This document shows, piece by piece, positions 47,726-58,011 of a DNA stretch of 64,000 nt (position 1 is the stretch's first letter; every line of letters begins with the position of its first letter). The stretch lies in the IMG/VR virus record IMGVR_UViG_3300028920_000037, positions 76,496-140,495 of that record; one strand, written 5' to 3'. A program made the translations under genes and the position numbers. A model generated the notes under the pieces. That model had not been told where the DNA came from, did not search any database, and was given only the letters and a program-made list of their open reading frames with translations. Origin of the DNA: a virus.

Positions 47726-48167
47726 GTTAAAGGTTGGGCAGATCGTCTACGTCCTGTTCGAAGAGCACAGGACCGTGCTCCCCGCGCGGGTCGTTGCTGA
47801 GAACAGGGCAAAGACCCTTGAAGGGACAAAGATCACATACGAGATCGTCCTAGGTGCTGGTGACCAACGTAAGGAGATGCAGGTCAACGATTCGAACTGT
47901 GAACGTGTCTTTGATTCTGCAAAGAAGGTCCAAAACTACCTGACGCAGCAGGCGACGACTTCGATCGGTGAGATCGTTTCTCAGGCAGAGAACCTTGCCG
48001 AGGAGTGGTACGGGGGTGATGCTCCTGCGTCTGCGGACGATGATGAAGAAGACGAACAACCTCGCAAACCTCTTACTCCCACCCGACCCATGCATCCTGG
48101 GCCAAAGGTCGATCTTGGCAATGGTCAGGTTGCTAACATCATTGTCAGTGAGCCTCGCTCAGAATAA
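47718..48167 (+). CDS. Hypothetical protein (SH3/KOW-like start)
   Basis: LKVGQIVYV. Confidence 0.6.
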   Translation: MIRLKVGQIVYVLFEEHRTVLPARVVAENRAKTLEGTKITYEIVLGAGDQRKEMQVNDSNCERVFDSAKKVQNYLTQQATTSIGEIVSQAENLAEEWYGGDAPASADDDEEDEQPRKPLTPTRPMHPGPKVDLGNGQVANIIVSEPRSE

Positions 48168-48170
48168 CGA

Positions 48171-48199
48171 GTGTAGCACTACGAGGCTCGGTGTAGAAT
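48171..48199 (+). promoter_or_regulatory. Sigma70-like promoter, leaderless
   Basis: GTGTAG-17 nt-TAGAAT, then 7 nt to ATG 48207. Confidence 0.6.
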
Positions 48200-48206
48200 G
48201 GTCGAG

Positions 48207-48644
48207 ATGGCCACAATTGAAGCCGACCAACACTACAAGAACGTAAAACAGCAGGTTATGGCGTGGCATAGGACGATGCTTTGTCAGCCTTCGTGGGATG
48301 AGGTAAGAGAGTTCCATGCGATCATGGTGCTCGGCTACTACACGATGTCGATGAAGTCGTTCGAGCCGAAGATACAGGTGATTGAAAAGGGTTACGTCAA
48401 GGCGCTTGAATGGATTGCAAGGTGTAAGCAACACGGTATCTGGATCTTTGGAATTTACGATACCGCAGCAATAAACTACGAGACAGAATATGGGCCACGC
48501 GATGTGTGGCCGCTCGAACCCGCGTCGGCATTCACAGATGTGAATGGATCGATCGTTGAATTAAGACAAAGCTACAGAAAGAACCTGCGAGAGGCAACGA
48601 AGGAACATGGCAGTACTACTGAAAAGGGTAAGATACGCAGTTAG
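48207..48644 (+). CDS. Hypothetical protein
   Basis: ORF behind the promoter. Confidence 0.55.
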   Translation: MATIEADQHYKNVKQQVMAWHRTMLCQPSWDEVREFHAIMVLGYYTMSMKSFEPKIQVIEKGYVKALEWIARCKQHGIWIFGIYDTAAINYETEYGPRDVWPLEPASAFTDVNGSIVELRQSYRKNLREATKEHGSTTEKGKIRS

Positions 48645-49716
48645 GAAGCCGATGTCTGACACTGACATCAACGGAGATAGCATCACGTCGGTGCCGACGT
48701 TTCCGTACAATCCAGAGTCAAAGACGCAGCCAACGACCGCAAAACGTTGGGCAACGTCGGGTTGGATGATCGGAGGAGCCAAATTCGTTGCACCGGAGGT
48801 TGAGTTCAACAACGACCCATTCTCAGTTCGCATCATCGCGCTCGACAAGCGTGCCGAAGGCGGTCGAGCGTACAAGGTCATTGACGATCAGGGACGTAAG
48901 TTTGACCTCCGTGAAGATCAGCTGATGGAGGCGATCAGGCTTGGAGGCATCGAGGCAGGTGGTCAGATCATCGGTGGTTTCGTCTGGGGAATTCGTGGTA
49001 GCCAGATGACGCTGACGTTCCACGGAGGTAGGCTTTACGAGGAGATGAAGGCCGAACTCGACAAGAGAGAGAGCAAGAAGACGCCCGAAGGAAAGAAGAG
49101 CCTGATTACGGCACGAAATGTGGTTGCTGGTGGAATTTACCTTGGGAAGCAAAGGCGCTATGGTACAGACGCCTTCATCTACGTCGGCAGGTTGAGGATC
49201 CCCGGTGAGAAGACACCCAAACATGCTGTTGTCGAGTTCTACAATACCATGCACAGAAACGACGGGCGGTACGTCTGGCAGGACAAGGTTCCGGCTGATA
49301 TTGATATATCAAAGCTAACAGACGAGCAGCTCTTCAAATACGTATGTGAGTTCGACAAAAGATTCATCAATGAGCGACTACAGTCGACCCAACGTGGTCC
49401 ACACTTCTACTGCCTCTACCTTCGCGGAAACGTTTCGTTTGAGGAACAGGTCGGTAAAGTCAACGATGTAACACCGCTCAGGGAGCTCGCGGCGGCTGGA
49501 ACGATGCAGTTTACAAACGGTCACCACAATGACTATGCTAAAAAGGCATACATTGCAAACAAGAGTGAAGAAGATCCCAAGCCTGATGGCAGCGCACCAC
49601 CCTACCAGGGGTGGAGCAGCCACGTCTACGAACGTTATCGAAAAAACACGGCTTTTTGGGAAGAGCACGCAAAGGCGTGGTTCATCGAGAACATGCAATG
49701 GGCAGACAAGAAGTGA
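48607..49716 (+). CDS. Hypothetical protein
   Basis: 369-aa ORF; 'GGRAYKV...FDLRED'. Confidence 0.7.
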   Translation: MAVLLKRVRYAVRKPMSDTDINGDSITSVPTFPYNPESKTQPTTAKRWATSGWMIGGAKFVAPEVEFNNDPFSVRIIALDKRAEGGRAYKVIDDQGRKFDLREDQLMEAIRLGGIEAGGQIIGGFVWGIRGSQMTLTFHGGRLYEEMKAELDKRESKKTPEGKKSLITARNVVAGGIYLGKQRRYGTDAFIYVGRLRIPGEKTPKHAVVEFYNTMHRNDGRYVWQDKVPADIDISKLTDEQLFKYVCEFDKRFINERLQSTQRGPHFYCLYLRGNVSFEEQVGKVNDVTPLRELAAAGTMQFTNGHHNDYAKKAYIANKSEEDPKPDGSAPPYQGWSSHVYERYRKNTAFWEEHAKAWFIENMQWADKK

Positions 49717-50111
49717 ACGATCCAGAGCTGCTGCGGGCAATGACACTGTTTGTTTCGGCGATCAGGCGATCTACAGAGACTAGATACGTTTGGTACGACA
49801 AACACACGATCGTCATGGCGTGTGCTGAGAACTCTGAAAAGGTTGATGACGTCGATCCTGCGTGTCATCCGCTACAGGCGCTCGTCAACCTCGCTCACAC
49901 GCACAACTACGAGTATGCAGCAAGCACGCTGTCACACGAGATGTCGATTGCCCTCGTTGCAGGACTCATCAGCCGGGAGTGTCCGACGTACACACACTTC
50001 ATCGTCAGGATCTCACCAAGGCTCGCGAACAAGTACCTCTCTGGGCCTGATGAGCGGGAACTCGCGCTCAAGATCGTAAAGAGATACTTCGAGGAGATCA
50101 AGACAAGATGA
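49713..50111 (+). CDS. Hypothetical protein
   Basis: GTGA/ATGA coupling. Confidence 0.5.
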   Translation: MNDPELLRAMTLFVSAIRRSTETRYVWYDKHTIVMACAENSEKVDDVDPACHPLQALVNLAHTHNYEYAASTLSHEMSIALVAGLISRECPTYTHFIVRISPRLANKYLSGPDERELALKIVKRYFEEIKTR

Positions 50112-50971
50112 CGGTCCTCATCATCGACGGTCACAACTTCATACACCGTGCCCGAACTGGATTCGGCAAGGGCGAGTTCAACGTTGTCTTCAACTTCTTC
50201 AGGAACCTACGATACTTTGTTGGGCTTATGAAGCCAACGCGTGTCATCTTCCCGCTCGAAGGACACCCGCAGCATCGTTATGACCTGCTACCCGAGTACA
50301 AGGGAAACAGGATCGTCGTCGAAGGGACACCTGCTCACGAGGAGCTGGCGGACTTCCACCGCCAAAAGGACCTGATCGTCGACCTGATGATGAGGCACTT
50401 TCCTGTCTCAATCATGCGGCATCCACGGTTCGAGTGTGACGATGTTGTCTTCAACATCATCAACAACGCAGCGACATCAACTCAGTTCGTCGTCGCATCG
50501 AACGATAGCGATTTTATTCAATTGCTGCAGCATTTCGACAACGTCCGATTGTACAACCCGATGCAGAAGAAGTACATTGATGAAGGTCCGCCGTACGACT
50601 ACGTCTCGTGGAAGGCGCTCGTAGGAGACGGTAGCGACAATATCGATGGCTTCAAGAGCATAGGAGGCAAGCGTGCTAAGGCTCTTCTGGATGATAATCA
50701 GCTTCTTGAGAGGTTTTTTCGCGAGGATCCTACACGGGCTACGAAGTTCCTGCGAAACAGAAAACTCATCAAGTTCGCAAGGTGGTCCGAGTCAGACGCA
50801 ATGGAAGCAACCAGTTCGAATCCAACCCGAAACTGGGACGTTGTTCGAACAACGTTCTACAGGTGGGGATTCAACTCGATCGCAAATGACAAGTCCTGGG
50901 CAAAGTACGTTTCAACATTCGATCCACTCTGGGGTGAGGAAGAGGCTGTACAACGATCCGAAGATGGCTGA
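50108..50971 (+). CDS. 5'-3' exonuclease / flap endonuclease (T4 RNase H-like)
   Basis: IIDGHN, YKGNR, ECDD, SNDSDF, GDGSDNI.G..IG.K. Confidence 0.92.
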   Translation: MTVLIIDGHNFIHRARTGFGKGEFNVVFNFFRNLRYFVGLMKPTRVIFPLEGHPQHRYDLLPEYKGNRIVVEGTPAHEELADFHRQKDLIVDLMMRHFPVSIMRHPRFECDDVVFNIINNAATSTQFVVASNDSDFIQLLQHFDNVRLYNPMQKKYIDEGPPYDYVSWKALVGDGSDNIDGFKSIGGKRAKALLDDNQLLERFFREDPTRATKFLRNRKLIKFARWSESDAMEATSSNPTRNWDVVRTTFYRWGFNSIANDKSWAKYVSTFDPLWGEEEAVQRSEDG

Positions 50972-51137
50972 GCGCGAGCGTTGGATTAAGCTGCATAATA
51001 ACCTGACAGATGAGAAGCGCGCAGCAGCAAAGTGTAAGTGTTGCAGCGACACCGGTGTCGTGATTGCATTCTCTATATTTGGTTCTTCTGCGATGGCGAC
51101 GTGCACATGTTCTGCATCAAAGAACGTGTTGCACTGA

Positions 51138-51167
51138 AAAGGACGATCTATCGCAGTCCTTTAATTT
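51138..51167 (+). terminator. Possible intrinsic terminator
   Basis: aaaggac...gtccttt stem followed by an AT-rich tail. Confidence 0.4.
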
Positions 51168-51191
51168 AGTTAATGATCGGAGGTTGAAGCA

Positions 51192-51710
51192 ATGTGGAAC
51201 AAGGTACTGAGCGTACTTGGATACCTGAACGCTTCACCGATCACGCTGATCGGGTTCATCTACGTGCTGTTCTGCACCATGATGGGATGGTTCAGATTCG
51301 TCGGATCAAAGGAACACGCACTCGTTTGGGCGACATGTCCAGAAAACATGCCCAAGTGGTTGTACAGGCGTTGGGAAGGTGAGAAGTTCGACCTCTACGG
51401 TCGGTGTATCGGTAACGTTGTTATTCTCGATTCGAGTGACTTCAAGATCGATAGCCCAAACGACATCAAGAACATCAGAACATTCACGCACGAGATGGGT
51501 CACGTGATCCAGTGCATGAGGATGGGAATTTTTCAGCCGATCTTCTATGGGTTGAATTGGCTTGGGATTAAGTGGGGTTGTCCGAACTCACATGCGTACT
51601 ATGATCTGACATTTGAAATCGACGCTCGACGACGAGCGTGTCAGACGATCGATGTTGTAGGTGTCAGGAAGAAGCTTGATGAGAAGCTTCAAAGAAATGC
51701 AAAATCGTAA
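51192..51710 (+). CDS. Membrane-anchored zincin-like protein
   Basis: N-terminal TM; THEMGH..Q, FEIDA. Confidence 0.65.
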   Translation: MWNKVLSVLGYLNASPITLIGFIYVLFCTMMGWFRFVGSKEHALVWATCPENMPKWLYRRWEGEKFDLYGRCIGNVVILDSSDFKIDSPNDIKNIRTFTHEMGHVIQCMRMGIFQPIFYGLNWLGIKWGCPNSHAYYDLTFEIDARRRACQTIDVVGVRKKLDEKLQRNAKS

Positions 51711-51777
51711 GTAACGGAAATGTTTATCATAATGTTGTAATCCAAAAATCCACATATTATGATAAACGAATATAAAG

Positions 51778-52209
51778 TTGTCGTCGCGTAAAGCAGTATT
51801 TGTTATAGCAGTGCTGACGTCTGTGTTGGTGACGTGTTGTTTACAATCTTCAATTAGGAGGATGCCCGCGCCAGCAGCGACGGTGTGTGATCCACATCAT
51901 ACGCCAGAGCAGACACATCTTGCCAGGATACTTTGGAACGTTCAGTTTGAGTGTCCGGCTGCGATAAACATTAGGATTGAAAAGATCGATGAATGCACGT
52001 GTGAATCAAATGGTGCCCTGTGGTGCGTGGGAAAGTGTCTCGACAAACAAATCATAATTGACCCTAGAATATCAGAAGAGTTTGTTGATCTTCTCATCGC
52101 ACATGAGGTGGGTCATGCGCTCGGAAGACACCATTCAAAGTCAGTGTGTTCCGTAATGTATCCCATAATTGATAAGATCGATCGTCGGTGCGTACGAGAT
52201 GTTGAGTGA
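51778..52209 (+). CDS. Metzincin (matrixin-like) metallopeptidase, exported
   Basis: HEVGHALGRHH + SVMYP Met-turn; hydrophobic N-terminus. Confidence 0.8.
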   Translation: MSSRKAVFVIAVLTSVLVTCCLQSSIRRMPAPAATVCDPHHTPEQTHLARILWNVQFECPAAINIRIEKIDECTCESNGALWCVGKCLDKQIIIDPRISEEFVDLLIAHEVGHALGRHHSKSVCSVMYPIIDKIDRRCVRDVE

Positions 52210-52433
52210 CATGAACCCGTATCGCACCAACGCAGCCCCGCGACGGCCGCAATGTATAAAAACGCTTTCGAATAGAATTAGACGGTTCAAGCGTAAGGTC
52301 CTACTCTTTGAGAATGGGAATCAGCGCGCTTTTCTGTTGCAGCAGACAAACAGGTTACGCTACTAAACGTAGACGCTATGAAGGATGACGACATTAATGC
52401 AGCCCATCGGCGGCTGTAGTAGTAGTATGCCAT

Positions 52434-52829
52434 ATGCTGATTCTAAATGGTATTCAAAGCTACAGTGATCCTCGGCAGGAGACGTTTCGTGTCGCTATCG
52501 ATGAAATCGAGAAGAATTTTGATGAGCTTCCACCCGTCTCAGTTGCAAACGTCCAAGTTGGATTTCCGGCATCGTGCGTTGACCTTGGCTGGTTGAAGGA
52601 CAAGATCCTAACGTTCTGGCGAGAGGCCTACAATGATGTAACTCGTGATGAGCTGTGCGTCCTGCTACGGAGGGAACTACCGTACGCCGTCCAACGTTTA
52701 AAGTACCTCAGCGTAAGGCTAGATGTTAATGTGGTGCGTATCGTTCTCAAGACGAAGGACGATATGGGTTGGTATGCCTATGAATTCAATGTTGCTCTCA
52801 ATGTACCACACCTACGTCTCGTCAAGTAA
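52434..52829 (+). CDS. Hypothetical protein
   Basis: 131-aa ORF. Confidence 0.55.
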   Translation: MLILNGIQSYSDPRQETFRVAIDEIEKNFDELPPVSVANVQVGFPASCVDLGWLKDKILTFWREAYNDVTRDELCVLLRRELPYAVQRLKYLSVRLDVNVVRIVLKTKDDMGWYAYEFNVALNVPHLRLVK

Positions 52830-52884
52830 ACAAAAAAGTTTCTCTGACAACACGTCATTGATTTATCAGTGTGTTAGGTAAGAA

Positions 52885-53526
52885 ATGTCCGAAGAACCCA
52901 AGAACGTGACTAGGCTCATATTCGGAAAACAACACATCACAATCCTCAGTGATGAACGTAATCCTCGAGTCATAGAACGACCCAAGCGTTCATCACCATG
53001 TAACTGTTCAGTGATCTCCATGCCGGCAAAAGGGCGACGGTCGGTTGCTTATAAATTGTACCAGCGCGCGATGATCCTCGATGAGAATCCTACAACTGTA
53101 GACGAAGCAGAACGCCTTTACAAGGAGGTAATTCAACTTGATCCATGGTTAGATCTTGCCTATACTAACTTAGGCAAGATCAAATACGATTATTATCACG
53201 ATTTGCAGAGCGCTAGGGAATGGTTCCAGAAGGCTATTTCAATAAATCCCAAACAGGCCGAGGCGTTGTACAACCTTGGTCATGTGTTGAACAGTCAGGG
53301 AGACAATAAACAGGCAATTTTACTGTTGCTAGATGCCATAGCTCTTGATCCAAGTTTTGCCGACGCACACTACAACCTTGCGGTGGCATACGATCAAATT
53401 GGAGACTACAGACAAGCTCGACCATATTGGGAATCCTTCATTGAGCTTTCTCGAAAGAATCAAAGTGTTGATCGATACGTTGAACATGCAAAAATGACGC
53501 TGTCAAGGACAGCCTATAGGTTTTGA
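52885..53526 (+). CDS. TPR-repeat protein
   Basis: AYTNLG, ALYNLG, AHYNLA TPR units with P turns. Confidence 0.9.
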   Translation: MSEEPKNVTRLIFGKQHITILSDERNPRVIERPKRSSPCNCSVISMPAKGRRSVAYKLYQRAMILDENPTTVDEAERLYKEVIQLDPWLDLAYTNLGKIKYDYYHDLQSAREWFQKAISINPKQAEALYNLGHVLNSQGDNKQAILLLLDAIALDPSFADAHYNLAVAYDQIGDYRQARPYWESFIELSRKNQSVDRYVEHAKMTLSRTAYRF

Positions 53527-53675
53527 ACGTCTTCTTGCAGAAGGTGGCATAGTTGTCGTCGGTCATTGGTACAGCTATTTGGCAACTTTGGCAGCAATTT
53601 TGTTGATTCTGAACATGTGTTTCAACCTGTTTTAGAAGGATTACAATTTATTGGGTATGATTTGAAGGGCAACAC

Positions 53676-54860
53676 ATGACAAGTCCTAGCGACATTAGAT
53701 GGGGCAAATACACTGACAGCAAGGGAACGAAGTTCGAGGGCCCGTACTTTCATGGCAACTGGAAGTTCGAGCTCTCGGAATCTCCTACGATCAATGAATG
53801 TATCGTCTATGCGATCACCGCTACAGAGGGCGGCACGTATGATGCCGTAAACATGTACGACGTGTGCGTGATGACAGTGGGTGTCGTGCAGTGGTGCGAC
53901 AGATTCCACCTCGTCTCAAAGATGCTTGGATACGTTGCTGACAAGTGTGGCGTTCAGGCAGTGTCTGTCCCACTTGCGGACGCCATGTCAGCTTCAGGCG
54001 CGATATTTAAGAGGAACAGAAACGCACAGTGGAGGTTCTTTCAACACGGTGTTGAGTGCTCAACACCGTCTCAATTGAGGAACCTCTACTTCGGCGGGTC
54101 GTCAGGTTTGCTTGGGCAATGGACAGAATCGCAGAAGCTCATTGCACGAAAATGGGCCGCGGGGATGGCGAACATCTGGAACGATGAGAAGGCTCGTGTC
54201 GCTCAGCTCGAATACACAAAGTCTCGGATCTCGATGTTTACGCTTGAGGACAGCAGGAAGATCATGCTCGACTCGAACGACTCCTGGGAAGGGCTCGTCG
54301 GTGCGACCAAGGCAATCTACATTTCGTATTCCGCGAATAATCCTACGACGGCTGATGGGCTTGTGAAGGCGGCTGTGTTCGAGCTTGAGGGTACGCCTGA
54401 GTGGTCGGAGGACTGGTGCGTCGGGATCATCAAGAAGCTAGCACTCGATTCAAGCATCAGGATCTGGCCTGGACGCTACGACAAGGTCAGCAAGGCGGTG
54501 AACAAGATCTTCGGAACAAAGCTTCCAGAGAGTCACAATGTCCTTGCTACGTGGACGCCTTCACAGCCAGACCCGCTACTCGAGTTAGAGCCGATCGATA
54601 AACCAGTTCTTCCAGATGTTGAGCCCGACACTGAACCTGAACCTCCGTCATTCGACGTTAACGTTCCAGGCATCGATCAAGTTGTAGATACGCAACCTAG
54701 CATCGATGTACTAGAGATCCCAGAGGAACACGAACAGCACGATACTGACCCTTCACCTGCTCCGATTGTCCGGTACAGAAGCGGGTGGAGCATTATCGAT
54801 TTTATCGTGATGTTCATCAGGAAGATTTTTGAGACCTGGGTACATTCAAGGAATAGGTGA
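53676..54860 (+). CDS. Putative lysozyme-fold peptidoglycan hydrolase (endolysin candidate)
   Basis: ATEGG.YDAVNMYD...TVGVVQW; Pro/acidic linker; amphipathic C-terminal helix. Confidence 0.55.
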   Translation: MTSPSDIRWGKYTDSKGTKFEGPYFHGNWKFELSESPTINECIVYAITATEGGTYDAVNMYDVCVMTVGVVQWCDRFHLVSKMLGYVADKCGVQAVSVPLADAMSASGAIFKRNRNAQWRFFQHGVECSTPSQLRNLYFGGSSGLLGQWTESQKLIARKWAAGMANIWNDEKARVAQLEYTKSRISMFTLEDSRKIMLDSNDSWEGLVGATKAIYISYSANNPTTADGLVKAAVFELEGTPEWSEDWCVGIIKKLALDSSIRIWPGRYDKVSKAVNKIFGTKLPESHNVLATWTPSQPDPLLELEPIDKPVLPDVEPDTEPEPPSFDVNVPGIDQVVDTQPSIDVLEIPEEHEQHDTDPSPAPIVRYRSGWSIIDFIVMFIRKIFETWVHSRNR

Positions 54861-54891
54861 TCGAGCACGATCGGACATACTTAGATACAGT

Positions 54892-55662
54892 ATGTCCATC
54901 AAGCCGAAACTAGATTCCTGGCTGCTTGATCCAGAACCGAGCAGCATGCACCCAGCGTATGAGGACAAGGCGGCCGGTGTCGTCATTGTTGAAGGAAGTT
55001 CAACCGAGGTTGACCTTCGAAAGTTCGCCTCGCCCGTCGAAGACCAGCGTTGGCTGAACTCGTGCGTCGGCAACGCCGTGGTCGGAGGCCTTGAGCTTCT
55101 GCGGCTCGCCTCTGGTCACGATCACGTTGACCTTTCAAGGTTGTTCGTCTACTACAATGCTCGCAATGAGCACAGCGCGCAGACACTCGACAAGGGTACA
55201 TACATTCGCTCTGCGATGCTGACGCTTCAGAAGCTTGGCGTTTGTAAGGAAGAAACCTGGGCGTACAACATGAACAAGGTCTTCGTCAGGCCATCGTGGA
55301 ATTCGTATAGGGAGGCGTACCTCAACAAGATCGATGACTACTACAGGATCAGGTCGTATGGATCGAGCAGGCTCGATGCCATCGAGACAGCGCTTCGCGC
55401 TCGGCATCCGGTTGCGTTCGGTATGAAGGTCGATGATAAGTTTGTCGAGAACAGAGACGGTCATCCGAAGTTCACTTCGTCGAGCAAGTGGGAAGGTCGT
55501 CACGCGATGTTGATTGTTGGGTTCAATAAAACATCAAAAACCTTGATCGTTAGGAATTCGTGGGGCACAAGTTGGGGTGACGACGGCTACTGCTACCTTC
55601 CGTACGACGCGCTCCAGGCAGCCGAGAGCGATGATTTTTGGGTGATGACGGGACTCTCGTGA
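54892..55662 (+). CDS. Papain-like C1 cysteine peptidase
   Basis: VDLR..PVEDQ..NSCVGNA, LSRLFVYY, RHAM.IVG, RNSWG..WG..GY; TACTTA 54878-54883. Confidence 0.93.
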   Translation: MSIKPKLDSWLLDPEPSSMHPAYEDKAAGVVIVEGSSTEVDLRKFASPVEDQRWLNSCVGNAVVGGLELLRLASGHDHVDLSRLFVYYNARNEHSAQTLDKGTYIRSAMLTLQKLGVCKEETWAYNMNKVFVRPSWNSYREAYLNKIDDYYRIRSYGSSRLDAIETALRARHPVAFGMKVDDKFVENRDGHPKFTSSSKWEGRHAMLIVGFNKTSKTLIVRNSWGTSWGDDGYCYLPYDALQAAESDDFWVMTGLS

Positions 55663-55663
55663 G

Positions 55664-55891
55664 GTGTTCAAAAAGGTCAAAAACACCGATGTTTTTGAGG
55701 TCTTTGGACGAACGTACGCCCTGCTAGGTGTCAGTGGCAAGCCGAAGAAGATTCCATCGTGGTTGATAAAACCGGGCTGGTTGTTTACGATGAACGAATC
55801 GGGAAGCGTGATATTCATGTGGAACCGAAGACGTTCTGGCGTGGAGATGTTGGCACTCGATGTGCTGGACAATCTAGAAGATTACGTTTGA
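55664..55891 (+). CDS. Hypothetical protein
   Basis: Short ORF. Confidence 0.45.
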   Translation: MFKKVKNTDVFEVFGRTYALLGVSGKPKKIPSWLIKPGWLFTMNESGSVIFMWNRRRSGVEMLALDVLDNLEDYV

Positions 55892-55932
55892 TAAACTGTG
55901 CAGCTCGCGCCCTCGTGATGTACTGTTGCTAC

Positions 55933-56130
55933 ATGAACAAGGCAACAGACACATCATTTCATGACACCATAAACGTAGACATGGCGAACGAGGTCTTTTT
56001 ACGACCAACGTTGCCCAACACCCCCGCCGCCAAGAAGGCAAAATCGCCTGAGTACTCGCTCGGTGCAAGCGGCGAACTCGTCGATAGGTACACGCAGATT
56101 AACACGAGAAACATCAAAAACAGAAGGTAG
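55933..56130 (+). CDS. Hypothetical protein
   Basis: TACTGT then 6 nt to ATG. Confidence 0.45.
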   Translation: MNKATDTSFHDTINVDMANEVFLRPTLPNTPAAKKAKSPEYSLGASGELVDRYTQINTRNIKNRR

Positions 56131-56230
56131 GAGTGGCTGTCGTCGACCAATCCACGTATGTTGTGTGTATACGTACGCGATTTCCTTTGAAGTTGTACAA
56201 TATGTACGTACGACATTATATTTGGTCACG

Positions 56231-56689
56231 ATGACGAAGCGAAATACAAGAAGGTGGTTGCAGAGGTTGGTTGCGGCGCTTGGACCGATTGCACTCGGGT
56301 TCACGCTGTCGACGGCCTCGTGCGGTCCAAAGAAGCCTCGAACGCCGACAGACGAGGACTTCTATGTTCCTGGTCCACCTCCACCAGTGTTACCTACGCA
56401 CGATTGTGGTACTGCTTGTCAGAACCTTCGGGACCTCAAGTGTGTGCAGGGAGAGGATCTGAACATGGATGTCACGTGTGAGACATTCTGCGAGGAGACG
56501 ATCAGGAACGGCGTCTGGTTGGATCCAGACTGCGTTTCAACGCTTACAGACGAGGACGTTACCCCGCCCGAGTGTCCTGAGATTGAAGAGTGTGCCGTCA
56601 GAGACGATAGGGATCCTGTCTCGGCACCACCACCTGCGTACGGCAACCAGGTTGTGATCGAGGAACCAGTGACAATCATCGAAAAATGA
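56231..56689 (+). CDS. Cys-rich lipoprotein
   Basis: Basic N-terminus, hydrophobic core, TASC lipobox; Pro tract; CxxxC..C..CxxxC. Confidence 0.7.
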   Translation: MTKRNTRRWLQRLVAALGPIALGFTLSTASCGPKKPRTPTDEDFYVPGPPPPVLPTHDCGTACQNLRDLKCVQGEDLNMDVTCETFCEETIRNGVWLDPDCVSTLTDEDVTPPECPEIEECAVRDDRDPVSAPPPAYGNQVVIEEPVTIIEK

Positions 56690-57246
56690 AGTTCCTCAGG
56701 CAGTACATCAGGACGCTCATCTGTGAGGCGGTCATGTCGTGGCCGTCGATTACGCACCCGCGCCACATCAAGTCACAGCCGTTCGAAATGAATCACTATG
56801 ACAATCAGGTCTGGAGCGCTGCGACACGTCCAAACGCGGGCCACATACCGACAGAGCCCCTACGAGCAGCGTGCTGCCTTATCATTCACCCTGATAACGG
56901 GAAGATTCTCGCAGTTTCTCGAAAGGATGACCCAAATGACTGGGGAATGCCTGGTGGGCACGTGGATCCGGGCGAAACTCCGGAAGCAGCGGCTGCACGT
57001 GAGCTCAAGGAAGAAACTGGGCTTGCTGCGACAGCATTGAAGCCAGTGTTCACGCTTCTAGACGATCATGGATTTGAGACATCAACGTTTCAATGTGATT
57101 ATATTGGAGAATTTTTCACAGATGAAACGGGCAGGATCGCGTGGGTCGATCCGAGCGTGCTCGTAAGTTCAAAGAGCTCACAGTTTGCCAGCTACAACGT
57201 TGAACTCTTTCAGCACATCGGGATCGATCCTACAACAACTGCATGA
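56686..57246 (+). CDS. Nudix hydrolase with shared leader
   Basis: GGHVDPGETPEAAAARELKEETG; N-terminal LRQYIRTLICEA. Confidence 0.92.
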   Translation: MKFLRQYIRTLICEAVMSWPSITHPRHIKSQPFEMNHYDNQVWSAATRPNAGHIPTEPLRAACCLIIHPDNGKILAVSRKDDPNDWGMPGGHVDPGETPEAAAARELKEETGLAATALKPVFTLLDDHGFETSTFQCDYIGEFFTDETGRIAWVDPSVLVSSKSSQFASYNVELFQHIGIDPTTTA

Positions 57247-57400
57247 TCGAAAACGGTTCCGGTAACAAAAACATCCCGACTCGGGCGGCAATTGCTGTTC
57301 TAGGGGCGAATGGCCTACTGGAGACGAAGTAGAAAGAAACATTGTCTGTGCAGGCACTTTGAAGTATGATTGTAACCTTGAGTAAGGTAGGCCAGTGTTT

Positions 57401-57429
57401 TTGTAAACCGGCGTATTAAATCGTATGAT
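57401..57429 (+). promoter_or_regulatory. Sigma70-like promoter
   Basis: TTGTAA-17 nt-TATGAT, then 9 nt to ATG 57439. Confidence 0.6.
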
Positions 57430-57438
57430 CTTTGTATC

Positions 57439-58011
57439 ATGTTAGACGATTCAGTAGATACTACCAAGACACGTAAATTCATCTGCCCGCTCGATGTCGA
57501 AACGACGGGTCTCGATCCCGAAATTCACCAGATCACGGAGCTGTGCTTCGTGAGGATGTCATTCGTACCGGGAACTGATTGGTTTTCAACGTTGAAGGAA
57601 GAGGCTCGTGTCTGTCACAAGACGCTGCTGCGTCCGGGGACGTTCGTTGATCCAACGGTCGCAAGCATCAACAAGTACGATCCGGAGGTATGGGCAAAGG
57701 AGGCGATTCACCTTGCCGATGCACTCAGCCAGGCGCTCCCGCTTCTAAGGGACGCGTATCCGATAGCGAGCAAACCTCAGTTCGACATGGGTTTCATCGC
57801 AAAGGCGGTTAAAGATCTCTGCTGGCAGATGCCTAGGATGGCGGGTCATCACCCCATCGACATAACTAGCGCGTTTGTACGTCTCTACTTTGAAGGTAAG
57901 ATCGATCGCATCGGGCAGGATTACGTGACGCGGCTCCTCTTCAACAAGACGGCCGATCACCTCGCAGAACCTGATGTTGATGATATGATCAAGCTGATGT
58001 CTCATGTCTGA
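57439..58011 (+). CDS. DnaQ/epsilon-like DEDDh 3'-5' exonuclease
   Basis: LDVETTGLDP..HQITE, FD, HLAEPD. Confidence 0.85.
   Translation: MLDDSVDTTKTRKFICPLDVETTGLDPEIHQITELCFVRMSFVPGTDWFSTLKEEARVCHKTLLRPGTFVDPTVASINKYDPEVWAKEAIHLADALSQALPLLRDAYPIASKPQFDMGFIAKAVKDLCWQMPRMAGHHPIDITSAFVRLYFEGKIDRIGQDYVTRLLFNKTADHLAEPDVDDMIKLMSHV

Noticed and set aside
52434-52829. QueF/T-fold (7-deazaguanine) enzyme
   Set aside because: Only a faint resemblance (CVDLGWLK..I.TF); the catalytic CP..G.PD motif and other que genes are absent.
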